Shown: positions 16,001-28,000 of the stretch, in pieces
Layout of the letters: each line of letters begins with the position of its first letter
How positions within the stretch are numbered: position 1 is the stretch's first letter
DNA from: Lytechinus pictus
Taxonomy: Eukaryota
DNA length: 64,000 nt
Assembly: GCF_037042905.1 (NCBI RefSeq)
Contig: NC_087251.1
Coordinates: forward strand, 47,680,001-47,744,000
Direction of reading: 5' to 3'
Notes under the pieces: model-generated
Databases searched by the model: none
Seen by the model: only the letters and a program-made list of their open reading frames with translations
Told to the model about the DNA's origin: nothing
Made by a program: the position numbers and the translations under genes

Positions 16001-19000
16001 TAACTGGAAATAAGACAAAATGGAAAATGTGCTAAATGACAATTAGACCACATGTTTTGACAAACTGGTCATAAACGGAGTAGGATAAGACCAGGGGGGA
16101 TGTTTCAAAAAATTTAAGTATGACTTAGATTCACACTTAAATGTCTATTTGCGTGGGGTATAAAAGGCATGACCGCATTGGTCAGATCATGCGAAGAGGA
16201 TGCGCACTACTGTATATTCATCAATAAGATTGCGCATTGCATATCTTGTATGCGTCAGCATTTAAGTGCGACTTTAGTCATACTTAAATTTTTGTGAAAC
16301 ACCCCCTGTGAGATGAGACCAAATGGGAAGTAGACAAAAAGGGTATAGACCAAGTAGCAATTAGCCAACTTACCGGCTACAAATTCTTTGTAGAACGGAC
16401 TACCCCTGATGGGGGTTGGACCCAGACGGACGGAGATGGTGTATAGTCCTGACCGACGCACTGTGAATGCACACTTGACCCAGTTATAGTTTGTTTCATT
16501 GTACTCCACAGAGCAAGCCATCCGCTGCTGACCGACCAGTATCTCAACGGCCAGCTGGTCAGCGTCTGAGATCGCGTACTTCATGCCGTTCCTTTGGTAA
16601 AACTAAAATGTAATGAAAAATGTGTGTCACAAGATGAAGAAATTGTGAATAAGGACACTATTATTGTTTGTAACGTAATTTAAAGCACAATAAAGAAAAC
16701 AATTTGCAAACAAGCAGCAATTTCCATTACACTACGGTATGGTTTATTTCCAATTCGTCTAATGCCAATTCATCCAATTGCCAACTCGTCTAATTTGGTC
16801 CATCATCAGTTCGTCTACTCACCACATGGTCTACTTTCATTTAGTCTAATGCCATTCCGTCTAATAACCAGATGGTCCAATAGCCATTTAGTCCATACAC
16901 CATTTGGTCTAATTAAATTAAAGTATTAATTGTGCAAAGTGAATGAAAAGAAAATGGGTATTAGACCAACTGGTTATTAGATGAAATGGTAATAGATGAA
17001 ATAGTGATTAGACGAAGTGATGATTGGACCAAATGGTTGTTAGACGAAATGTTGATGGACGGAATGGCATTAGGCTAAATGAAGGTAGACCATGTGGTGA
17101 GTGGACGAGTTGACAGTAGACGAATTGGCAATTTCCCTACGCTATGACTTGGTCATTTTGGGGAATAAATGCTATATGATTATTTTAGTTACAAAATGTG
17201 CATCAGGAAAGTTTTATCCTTTTTTATATTTCTTTAACTTTCATACCTTATCACTGTATCAAATCATACCTTATCACTGTATCAAATAAGTTAAACAGCT
17301 ATCTTGATTTTATTTATTTGTATCAACAGGAAAAATGCAATAGCTCTATTTCAAGTGAAGTACATGAAGGTAGCATTTGGTAATTAAACCAGAAATACAG
17401 GTCTTTGTGAAATGCACATACTGCGGGAAACATTCAATTTTTCCTAAATTTGTGCATTCTCCTGAAGACGGCGAAGGCATACATGCCAAAGCGTCGAGTC
17501 TGGGTGGTTCTTTTCATGACCAAACAAAGGTTTATTGTGTGATTCATTCTTTGCCATGGAAACCTTAACAAGTTACAATCTTCGGCTTGTTACATAGAAC
17601 CTGCCTTGATGGTGAAAGACATAGTATCGCCCACGGGAACCGGTCCATCCCACCCCCAGTCCACCTGGCACCTGCATGGGTCGACCAGACTCCCGGTGAT
17701 GTAATCAATGATGGGGGCGTTCCGGCTACGGGACGACGCCCCGCTGGCCTGGGCAGTACGGTAGTTTCCATTCACCCAGGCGAACCCGATGGCACATATC
17801 AATGTGGCAAGAGTGACGTTGCCTGTAACGACATCGTGGTTAGACATTCTTGATTTAGTGTTTATTTTTGTATGATGCAGAGTTGCAATCGTTGATTATT
17901 ATCAACAAAGTTCTGCAAATATCATCATATTTGTGAACCATGGTCTACAGACCTCAGTGCATTGTGCAGATTTTGAATGTACTTTTGATTTCACTGTGTT
18001 ATAAACTTCTGCCAAATGTGAATAATTTTTTTTTCAAAATGCTATAACACTTCAATTTCTTTCTATTATTAACTTGGTAATTTCCACTAATAGATTAAAA
18101 GAATGAATTTCATTAGGGGGTTACCCTGATTCCAATATGATACTTAACTTGTATGTATAATGTAATTAAACTTTCTACTACAAAATACTTGTCCAATTGC
18201 ACTTAAATAACAATAATTCAATTCATCAAGTGCTTGCACCCTCCATTTTATTAAAACAAAGTGGACATATAACTGTTAATGCACACATTAAGTAAAAATT
18301 TACAATGAGAATAGGGTACATGTACTTCAAGATCAAAGAATCTTTGTAAAGTTATACTACCAACAAGGTTGAAGACATCTGATATTTTTTTCCACAATGT
18401 GATTTACATCTAATGAAAATATTGCATACAACATAGATTTTACATGAAATTTCTTGGATATACAGATATGTAGTACAACGTCTATCATGAAAATTCTGAA
18501 GTGTTTCAAGATCTTTGTGAAACTCTCCTTACCGAAGCTCTGAACGAAATGTGAGATGCCGCTCCACATGCGCCTTGCTAGGGAGAAGTCCAATTCATAC
18601 GGACTATTCCAGGCCATCTCCTCCTCTACCGCCCTCTGTAGTTGACTGAGTTCTTGGTAAATGGCGATGGATTTGAGTGGATCACTGTCCTCCTGGGTTA
18701 TAGCATCTATATCAAGCTCTAGAACCTTGTCAAGTTCACTGAATACCGTGATGTCTAGATCATCAAGTCTGCAGAAAAAAAAAATTAAAAGTGTACAAAT
18801 TAATCCAGATTATAATGACAGATATAATAAAGTTTCATCACTTTTCCATTACCTTGGTATGAATCCAGTTGTCAAGCTACAGGCTCTGTATAACAAATTT
18901 TTTAGTCTCTGTGTATATTAAAATTGATAATAACAATAATAACAATCTTGTATCTATGCACATATCACATTATCACTGAAAGTGCATCTTTTTAAATTTT

Positions 19001-22000
19001 AAATTTTATCATTGCCTTTTAATTTGAAATCAACTTTTCTATGTCTATCTAATTTATTTTATCTATATGTATTGCTTTGTATGTAATTTGTTAATTAGTA
19101 TCATGTTTTTAAGGATGCCGTATGCTTGCTACTCTGTTTTCTGTTATGATATGAGTTAAGTTATTTAGAATATTTCTGTGTATATTTCATATGTATTTAA
19201 ATGTTTTTATACTTGTTTTTATCATGTATTCCAGGGCCCCACGGGAGACCAGTTTATTGCTGAGTGGGCTACCCTGGTTAAATATATTGAAATAAATAAA
19301 TAAATAAATCATAATATGGTCCCTGTACGCTTACAAAGGAATATCATTACCCTGGGTTCAGCCCCACAGCCTTTTAGAGCACGGACACATTTCAAGGAAT
19401 AAAATTCCTGCCACCTACCCATTTACCTCACCTGATTTGAGTGCGACACTATGCAGATCAATTTCTTTTCTTTTTGAACCCACAACCCTCTGCTTCAAAG
19501 ACAGGCACTATGACATATTTGACTACTTGGCGAATAAAACACGGTATCAGAATGATTTCTTCAAGTACGGTTAAAGGGGTACTCCATGGCGAAAACATTA
19601 TGGGTTGAACAGATCAAGAAAAATCAGACAATGTCTTCATGAATATTCAGTGAGCACATTGATGATGTCATATCCCCACTTGTTCTTTCGTAATTTATGA
19701 TATGTACATGCACAACATGTAATTCAAATTTTGTCCTCCAAGAATTAAAAATATTGGATTGTAAACTGATTTAATGAATTATAATTGCTGCAACTTTTTT
19801 TTTAATTATTTAAGGGAGACATATCATACACACATGTATGAAAATATGAAATAATTATGATTTCATGCAATAACATACAAAAAAGGAAAGTGGGGATAGA
19901 CATCATCAGCCCACCTGATAAATATTCATGATGACTGTCATGCATGTAACTGTTTTCACAAATTATTGCTATTATAACATTAATTAACTTCATTATTTGT
20001 TATCAGATTTGGTTGTAATTTTCAGCATTTTGCTATTAAAGTGAATTTTACTCTATTTATTTAATAATTTTCAGCCTAAAGTACCCTTTTAAAATCACAT
20101 TTTTATGTATCACATCATGCTTGATTTATTGTCATTAAGAGATTAGTATGTGTGGTATGCCCAGGGTTCTTTATCATTGAGCATGAATGACTAAATTCAT
20201 GGTTAAATCCAGTCTCCATGCCACTGAATAATAGACAAACCGCCCTTTCACACGGTACCAAAATCGTGTGAAACCAAACTAGAATCACGGACGCTCTCAC
20301 GAATTCAAATTATACTTCGGAGGTGAATTCCAGTTAAGTTTCACTCAAATTTTGGTACAAATTTTACGTCTGAAAGGGTTGACCTCCAAAACATCTTTTG
20401 AGGGGCGGAGCTTACGTGAGCTTTCAAGCACTTCCGTAGATAATAAATTGTCATGCAATCATCGTGGTTTCTTTTTTGTGATGCAGTGCTTTGAATGGGT
20501 TTGATTGACAAGTCACCAAGGACACAATACCGCCTTTGGTCAGGAATTCGAATTCAAATCACAGTTTTCGAGTGAACATGTGAATGATTTATGGTACAAT
20601 GATTCTAAAGACGACTTGCAATCATCATCACAATGATGACTCAAGATTCTCGTGTGAAAAGGCCCAATGTTTCAATTTAAAATAGCCACTTGGACATGTA
20701 TATAAAACAATCTAGAAAGATGGCAGAAATGTGGTTCATGTACCTTTCCCTTTTCATTTTTATAAATGATTCATTTTTAAAAATACACAATATACATTCT
20801 GGCAGGCAACAGGCTGAATTACAAAGACAATGTTTGTGAATTTATATGGACACACGATACCTAATAGAATTAAAAGCAATGTCTAACCTAACAACAAGTT
20901 GATTTGAATAAAGATAAAAGTCAAACGTGCATAATGCTGAACATATCTTCAAAAACATGCACATAATAAAAAGATATATCATTACAAGGAGTATCACTTG
21001 ATTTCACCATGGATCCTACTACATGTAGGTAGTTCTAGTAAAATCCATGATCTCACAAAACCCTGGTGATTCAGTGTACAGTACAGGTGTCAAAGCACAC
21101 TTGGGCTCACTATTTTTTTCCTATTCGCATTCCTGTGGAGCGTTGTGGCCCAGTGGATTAGTCTTCGGACTTTGAAACAGAGGGTCGTGGGTTCAAATCC
21201 CAGCCATGGCGTAATTTCCTTCAGCAAGAAACTGATCCACAGTGTGCTGCACTCAACTCAGGTGAGGTAAATGGGTACCGGTAGGAAGTAATTCCTTAAA
21301 AAGCTGTGTGCGCTATGAACGCCTAGCTTAGCTGGGTAATATAGGAGCGCCTTGAGCACCTAACAAGGTGGATATGTGCGCAATATAAATACCCTACATT
21401 ATTTCGTGAAATATTCTATTTTTCCTATTTAAAGCATAACTTGACTTCAGCTTGAATACTAAGTATATATGTAAGATTCAATAAATATATTATAACCAAC
21501 ATTGCACAAATAAATATATTCATATTTAAAAAAATAAATTACAAAATAAAATAGAGAGCATACATGATTCTCTCATACATGCACATGTATGCAGTTTTGT
21601 TCTTGGTATCATAAGCATATTAATCTTTTGTGATATTAAGTATCAAATCTTTACAAAATTAATGACATTTTTTTTTCTTTTCACATCCAATTATGAAACA
21701 ATTATAGTGTATATAAAAATCAGCTTGATTTTGGGGTAGTCTTAACCTTTAAGCACTGTAAAGGTGTCTAGATGTGGACGGAGAGCTGACTCTGATAGAC
21801 ACAATTAATTATGACTATGTCTGTTCCCAGGTTACTAATGAATTTTCAGTGTACATTGCCATAGAAACTATTAATTGTAATTAATAACCTACCGTATGCT
21901 GGCACAGAGCGTGTTCACGTGTGTATACATTATTTATTTGGGGGGAACACTGTATGCAACTACATTGCATGAATGCACCCAAGTCAAGGGGATTAATTGT

Positions 22001-25000
22001 GGTTAATATGAAAAGCGCAGAACATACCATGCAGGTGACATTTTCTAGCAGAAAAAATGAAAACCCCAATATTCCCATTTCTATTTTTTTCCCTGTCATG
22101 GATTTTTTTTTTTTTTTGGGGGGGGGGGGGGGGGACTGTAATTAGTTACATGTAGGACTCATTGCAAAACGTGTTTTGTGCTTTATACACCATTGGGCAT
22201 ATATATGTACTTGTATGAGCTTTGCAATACAAGTGATATGTTAATAGCTTGCCCTCCTTGTTTAATAATAATAATAGAGAGTATTTCTAAAGCGCCAAAT
22301 CCACATTGATTATGTGCTCAAGGCGCTGCGAAAAGGAAATAATAGAAAAATTACACGGTACAGGAAGGGACAAAGATAAAAAGAATGACAGTCATGACAA
22401 TGAAAGGAAACTACTGGAAGGCAATTTTAAACAAATGGGTTTTTAGAGTAATTTTGAAATTATCGATATTTGAAATACTACGAATGGAATATGGCAACTG
22501 ATTCCATAAGGATGGCCCAGCATGTGCAAATGTCCGATCCCCCCATGATTTCTTGGATTTAGGAACTGTAAGCAATTTAGAATCAGAAGATCTTAAACGT
22601 CGAGGAGGATTGTATGGCATCAACAAATTAACATTATATTCTGGGGCAGATCCATGGATACAGTGAAAAACTAACAATAATAACTTAAAGGAGAATGAAA
22701 CCCTTAAAACCAGCTGAATCTATATCAAAGAGAAAAATCATAGAAACATATTGTTGAAAGTTTGAGGAAGATTGAATGAATAATAAGAAAGTTATGAGCA
22801 TTCGAATATTGAGATCACTAGTGCCATGTAGATCCTCCCAACGGCAATGCGACCAAGATCTGTGATATCACACACGTACAACTCCCTCATTACTTTAGTA
22901 CTTATTTCACTTATATTCTCACTTTTATAGAGTCTATCACAAGGTGAGGTGTTCTCTTTATGATATGACAAGTACAGAGGTTTCACAACATTATATCATT
23001 GATGAATCGTTTGTCATATGATTAGAATGAGCAAAAAGAGATGTTTTGGGGTATATTTTCAGTGTCCAAATGGGAGAGTTGTACGTGTGTGACATCACAG
23101 ATCTTGGTCGCATTGCCAATGGGAGGATCTCCATAGCATTAGTGATCTCGACATTCAAATGCTCATAACTCTTTTATTGCTAGTCCTATTTTACTCAAAG
23201 TTTTGTTGATCTTATTCTTTGATTTTTCTGCTTTCACAAAAGCTAACTTGCTCCAAGAGTTTCATTCTCCTTTAAATACAATACGGTACTCGATGGGTAA
23301 CCAATGCAGTGAGGACAGAACTGGAGTTATGTGAGTAGAGCGCCTGATAAGGGTAACAATACGGGCTGCAGAATTCTGTAATTTTTGTAAGCGTGAGAGT
23401 TGGGATTGTGGAAGGTGAAACAAAAGAGAATTGCCAAAATCAAGTCGAGATGATATCAGAGCATGTATAATCTTTTCTGTAGCGGATCAGGTTAAATACT
23501 TGCGAATGATGCCTAAATTACGCAATTGATATCTGACTGATTTACACACGGCAGTGATCTGGGCAGACATAGACATTGTTGAATCAAACAAAACTCCAAG
23601 ATTCCTGCATGATTTGGATGGCATAACATTAACATTACCAATTCTCAAAGAGGGAAGTCTTATCTTATCTAGTGCAGCTTTAGAGCCAATAAACAGCAGC
23701 TCAGATTTATCTTCATTTAATTTTAAAGAATTGCAGCTCATCCACCTATTGATATCGTGAACACAAGCCTCAAGATTTTTTACAGCATCAATGGCATTGG
23801 TCTGGTTAGGTAGGAATGATGTGTACAGTTGAATATCGTCTGCATAACAATGATATTTAAAACAATGGCTTCTTAAAATCTGTTTAAGGCCACCCAAGTA
23901 CAATGAAAAAAGGGTCGGGCCTCCGACTGATCCCTGCGGTACACCATGAACTAATTCAGCAGGATCACTCTTTGAATTGTTAATACAGACTACTTGAAAC
24001 CTTTCAGATAAGTATGACTTAAACCACTCTAGGGGTGCGTTTATCCGCCACTTTTTCACCCTAGAATCATGATCTGAATCACGATTCAAATCATGATTCT
24101 GCAGAATCACGATTGCGTTTAGGGTGCGTTTATCCGCCACTTTTTCACCCTAGAATCATGATCTGAATCATGATTCAAATCACGATTCTGCAGAATCACG
24201 ATTGCGTTTAGTCGAAATTGAATATAATCATGATTAGAATCACAAACATGAACTACGAAAAAAGGGGCGTTTGGAAAGACGTTTCTACAGAATCACGTAT
24301 GAAAATGTTCGAATAAACGATATCGTGATTTGAATCATGATTATATGACCTCACTGTGTCGGGCTACTTTCGGTTTGACTCTTGCCAAGCTCAAGGCTCT
24401 CTATATGCTCATTGTATGTACATGGTTACTCTGCATGCATTTCTTGTCATGTTCAAGTTCTGTGTTGGTCATCGCATCGTCCACTACTTTTCATTTTTTG
24501 GTCATGTCTTCAACTTCAAGTTCTAGTGAATGAATTAACTGGACAGACAATGATCTCAGTTGTTGTTGAGTATAGAGTGTTAATATTAAATTGGATCTAC
24601 GCTGAAATTCACTTCCGAACACCATTTTGGATAAACTAACAAGATGAATAGAAGCATATGGACCCTATAGAAGTAAACAAAATTAGGTATAGACTGAATT
24701 CTGGAAGCAAAAGATTTTTCGAGAGCCGAAACACGTGCGAAAAACTTCCTCTGTCAAACTGCGCACTAGTGATGCGCACTGGATTGGCCCGAATCTGAGG
24801 AGAAACAGCATTGTAATGAAGGTCGTCTAAACGCTGATTCTGTGACATCGTGATTCATGTTTGTGTTTTGAATCATGATTCAAATCATGATTCTGGCTTG
24901 AGGTCGCATAAACGCAGCCTTAGTCGAAATTGAATATAATCATGATTAGAATCACAAACATGAAACACGAAAAAAGGGGCGTTTGGAAAGACGTTTCTGC

Positions 25001-28000
25001 AGAATCACGTACGAAAATGCTCGAATAAACGATATCGTGATTTGAATCATGATTATATGACCTCACTGTGTCGGGCTACTTTCGGTTTGACTCTTGCCAA
25101 GCTCAGCTCATTGTATGTACATGATTACTCTGCATGCATTTCTTGTCATGTCCAAGTTCTGTGTTGGTCATCGCATCGTCCACTACTTTTCATTTTTTGG
25201 TCATGTCTTCAACTTCAAGTTCTAGTAAATGAATTAACTGGACAGACAATGATCTCAGTTGTTGTTGAGTATAGAGTGTCAATATTAAATTGGATCTACG
25301 CTGAAATTCACTTCCGAACACCATTTTTTATAAATTAACAAGATGAATAGAAGCACATGGACCCTATATGATAGAAGTAAATAAAATTAGGTATAGACTG
25401 AATTCTGGAAGCAAAAGATTTTTCGAGAGCCGAAGCACGTGCGAAAAACTTCCTCTGTCAAACTGCGCACTAGTGATGCGCACTGGATTGGCCCGAATCT
25501 GAGGAGAAACAGCATTGGAATGAAGGTCGTCTAAACGCTGATTCTGTGATATCGTGATTCATGTTTGTGTTTTGAATCATGATTCGAATCATGATTCAAA
25601 TCATGATTCTGGCTTGAGGTCGCATAAACGCAGCCTAGAGCTATCCCATCAACCCCAAGGGATCTCAAAGTATTTAGCATGATTGTATGATTGACAGTGT
25701 CAAACGCTGAAGATAAGTCAACAAGTATGCTAGTCTGCAGGTACAGACCCTTAGTTTTTGCAAAATCGCATAGTGCAGAGTCTGAAGTAGGGAGACTAGA
25801 TTTACTAATCACTATGTACTGTGGCTGGCTCTACAGACAGTTTGGCGTCTAGTCTTCCCTCGAGACATGGTATAATTGGTGTAAGAGTCATATTATTAGT
25901 CTGTGCTTGCAGACTACAATATGCCTCTGCAAGAATCTGATGTACTGTTTGAAGATGTCCCCTTGAATTTAGTCTACAGGCACAGACTCATATTTGACAC
26001 TTTAACTAAAACCATGTCTAGAGTGAAGACTACATGCCAAAGTCTCTCTGTGTCAAATCAGCCACAGAACACGGTGAATCTAGTCTCACTATCACAGACT
26101 CTGCATTATGCACCATGCAAAAAATTGTGAAAACAAGGGTCTGTGCCTGCAGACTAGACAACAGTAGTCTTTCCCAAAATCTAATCAGGTAAATGTAGCC
26201 ATGTTTGCCTGGCTATTCCTTAGGAAATGGGAAGAAATTGATACTATAATCCACCTTTGGCTTTGCAAAGATATTACAAGAAAAAAACCCAATGGTGTAA
26301 AATGTATTTGAAAAGACTTCAGGGTCCCATAACACAGAGGTTAGTGATTAATCGTACACTCGATTTTCATGACTGATTGTACATTGTAGTCAATAGAATT
26401 AATCGGAGAAAAATGTTCTACGATCATTGCTAAAGCTTTGTGTTACGGGCCCCAGGTATGAATTTCAAGATGACAGGATTACGGAGGATTTGAGGTGAAA
26501 TTAATGCCTAGATACAGAACACTCTGAGGCTGGAAAATGTTGTTATCATAAGTGCCATGTTGGACCAAGGAGGTGATATCTCCTTGGCTGGACAAAAAGT
26601 TTAAAACCACTGAAAGGTTCCTTGTAGCCTATAATCTAGACGGAGGCTGCAGTTATTGTCTTTGCTGTTAAAGCTGAACGCAATTGATACATCTGATCTG
26701 GCAAAGACTACGCATTGTGGCAGTGTTAGCAGCCACCGCCTATACACTCCCGTCTGCCCATTCAATATTCATGTATTCATCTCGTCGTTTGACGTGTTGT
26801 GGTACCGGGATCCGTACCGGTACCCGTATTGCTGTCGTGTGCCAACGACTTGAGATATCATAAAAGCGAAGATATTATCGTTACACAGAGGGATTGCCTG
26901 GTATATTTCGCCTTTTCCACATCCCTCCCATCGTCAATAATGCTACAAATGGCAGATACTTGGGGATACTTAAAGGCCTCAGAATTTTCCACGAGGAATG
27001 CGGAGTTTATTGGCAGCATAATCCAAACTGTCACGGAAGTTTCTCGCATGTACTCATACTCGCCATTGTGGATGAAGAAAGTGACATCATGTCACGTGAC
27101 ATATATATGCATTACCTTCTTCTTTCCAACGTCTTTCTGATTGGTCCGATTTATTTCTTCTCATACATATATACATGTATGCATGAGAATTTTTTGTACG
27201 AAAAACTGGCGTCATTTCAAAGTCGATAATAAAAAAACAACATCCAAAGCGAGACGGGAGTGTATAGGCGGTGGCTGCTAACGCAGCCACAATGCATAGT
27301 CTTCGCCAGATCAGACGTATCGCTTCCGTTCAGCATAACAGCAAAGACAATAACTGCAGCCTCCGCCTAGATTATAGGCTAGGTGCCTTGCTGATTACCA
27401 TAGTTTTTAATGTATACATGTACATGTAGAGTGTACAATGATACTATTAAACAAAATCTTCTTTATTTTTTCCACTATAGAGTGGATTGTATATTCTATT
27501 GGCATACAGTGTATTTCAATTCATCTTTTCTATTTCTCATTCCCCTTTGATAAATTGTAAACAAAAATTGTTCATCTCAAAATTATAAATGTAGAGCATG
27601 TAACTATGTATGTATTTGTAAATGAAGTCTGCGTCCAGGTGATTTGAGTGACTTTTTTCCCACCTAGGGGAGACGAGACAAGTATCCCTTTTTTCCAAAC
27701 TTAAAAATAAATGACTATGGGATAAATTTTTGAATGCAACTAAAGACATTTGAGCTCCAGGATACACATGAGTTGATGGAAAAATTCCATCAGTGGCTGA
27801 GGCTGAAATCATTATACCAAATACAGAATAACTGCATTCACATAACAATGTATACGGTCATCATACATGTACCGGTAGTGAAAATGTTGATGAGTAATAG
27901 TATATTAGATTGAAATAAAAAATAATTTGAATACAATAACAGCTTGTCCTTCATCATCCGCCATTTAAAAAAAAGACAACCTTGAAAATGTTATTGTGTA

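Larger units (their letters stand above)
22263..26185 (-). mobile_element. 5'-truncated L2/CR1-clade LINE (reverse transcriptase, C-terminus and 3' tail) broken by three DNA-transposon insertions
   Basis: RT motifs ILVDLSSAFDTVNH, GVPQGSVGGP, YADDIQLY, LKLNEDKSE, RNLGVLFDS, LHWLPIEYRIVFK and FAHAGPSLWNQLP; (TTA)n tail at 22263. Insertions at 22689-23271, 24033-25635 and 25731-26156. Confidence 0.9.

Noticed and set aside
21137..21210. tRNA genes at the SINE heads (also 32795-32872 and 63600-63671)
   Set aside because: They have A/B boxes but continue into SINE core and tail sequence and lack a clean acceptor stem.
23487..24140. 217-aa ORF as an intact reverse transcriptase gene
   Set aside because: Its first ~36 codons come from the inserted Harbinger-like element; the LINE is truncated and interrupted.
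24330..25338. Duplicated ORFs MNHDYMTSLCRATF...
   Set aside because: By-product of the internal tandem duplication in a non-autonomous transposon; the frames differ between copies.
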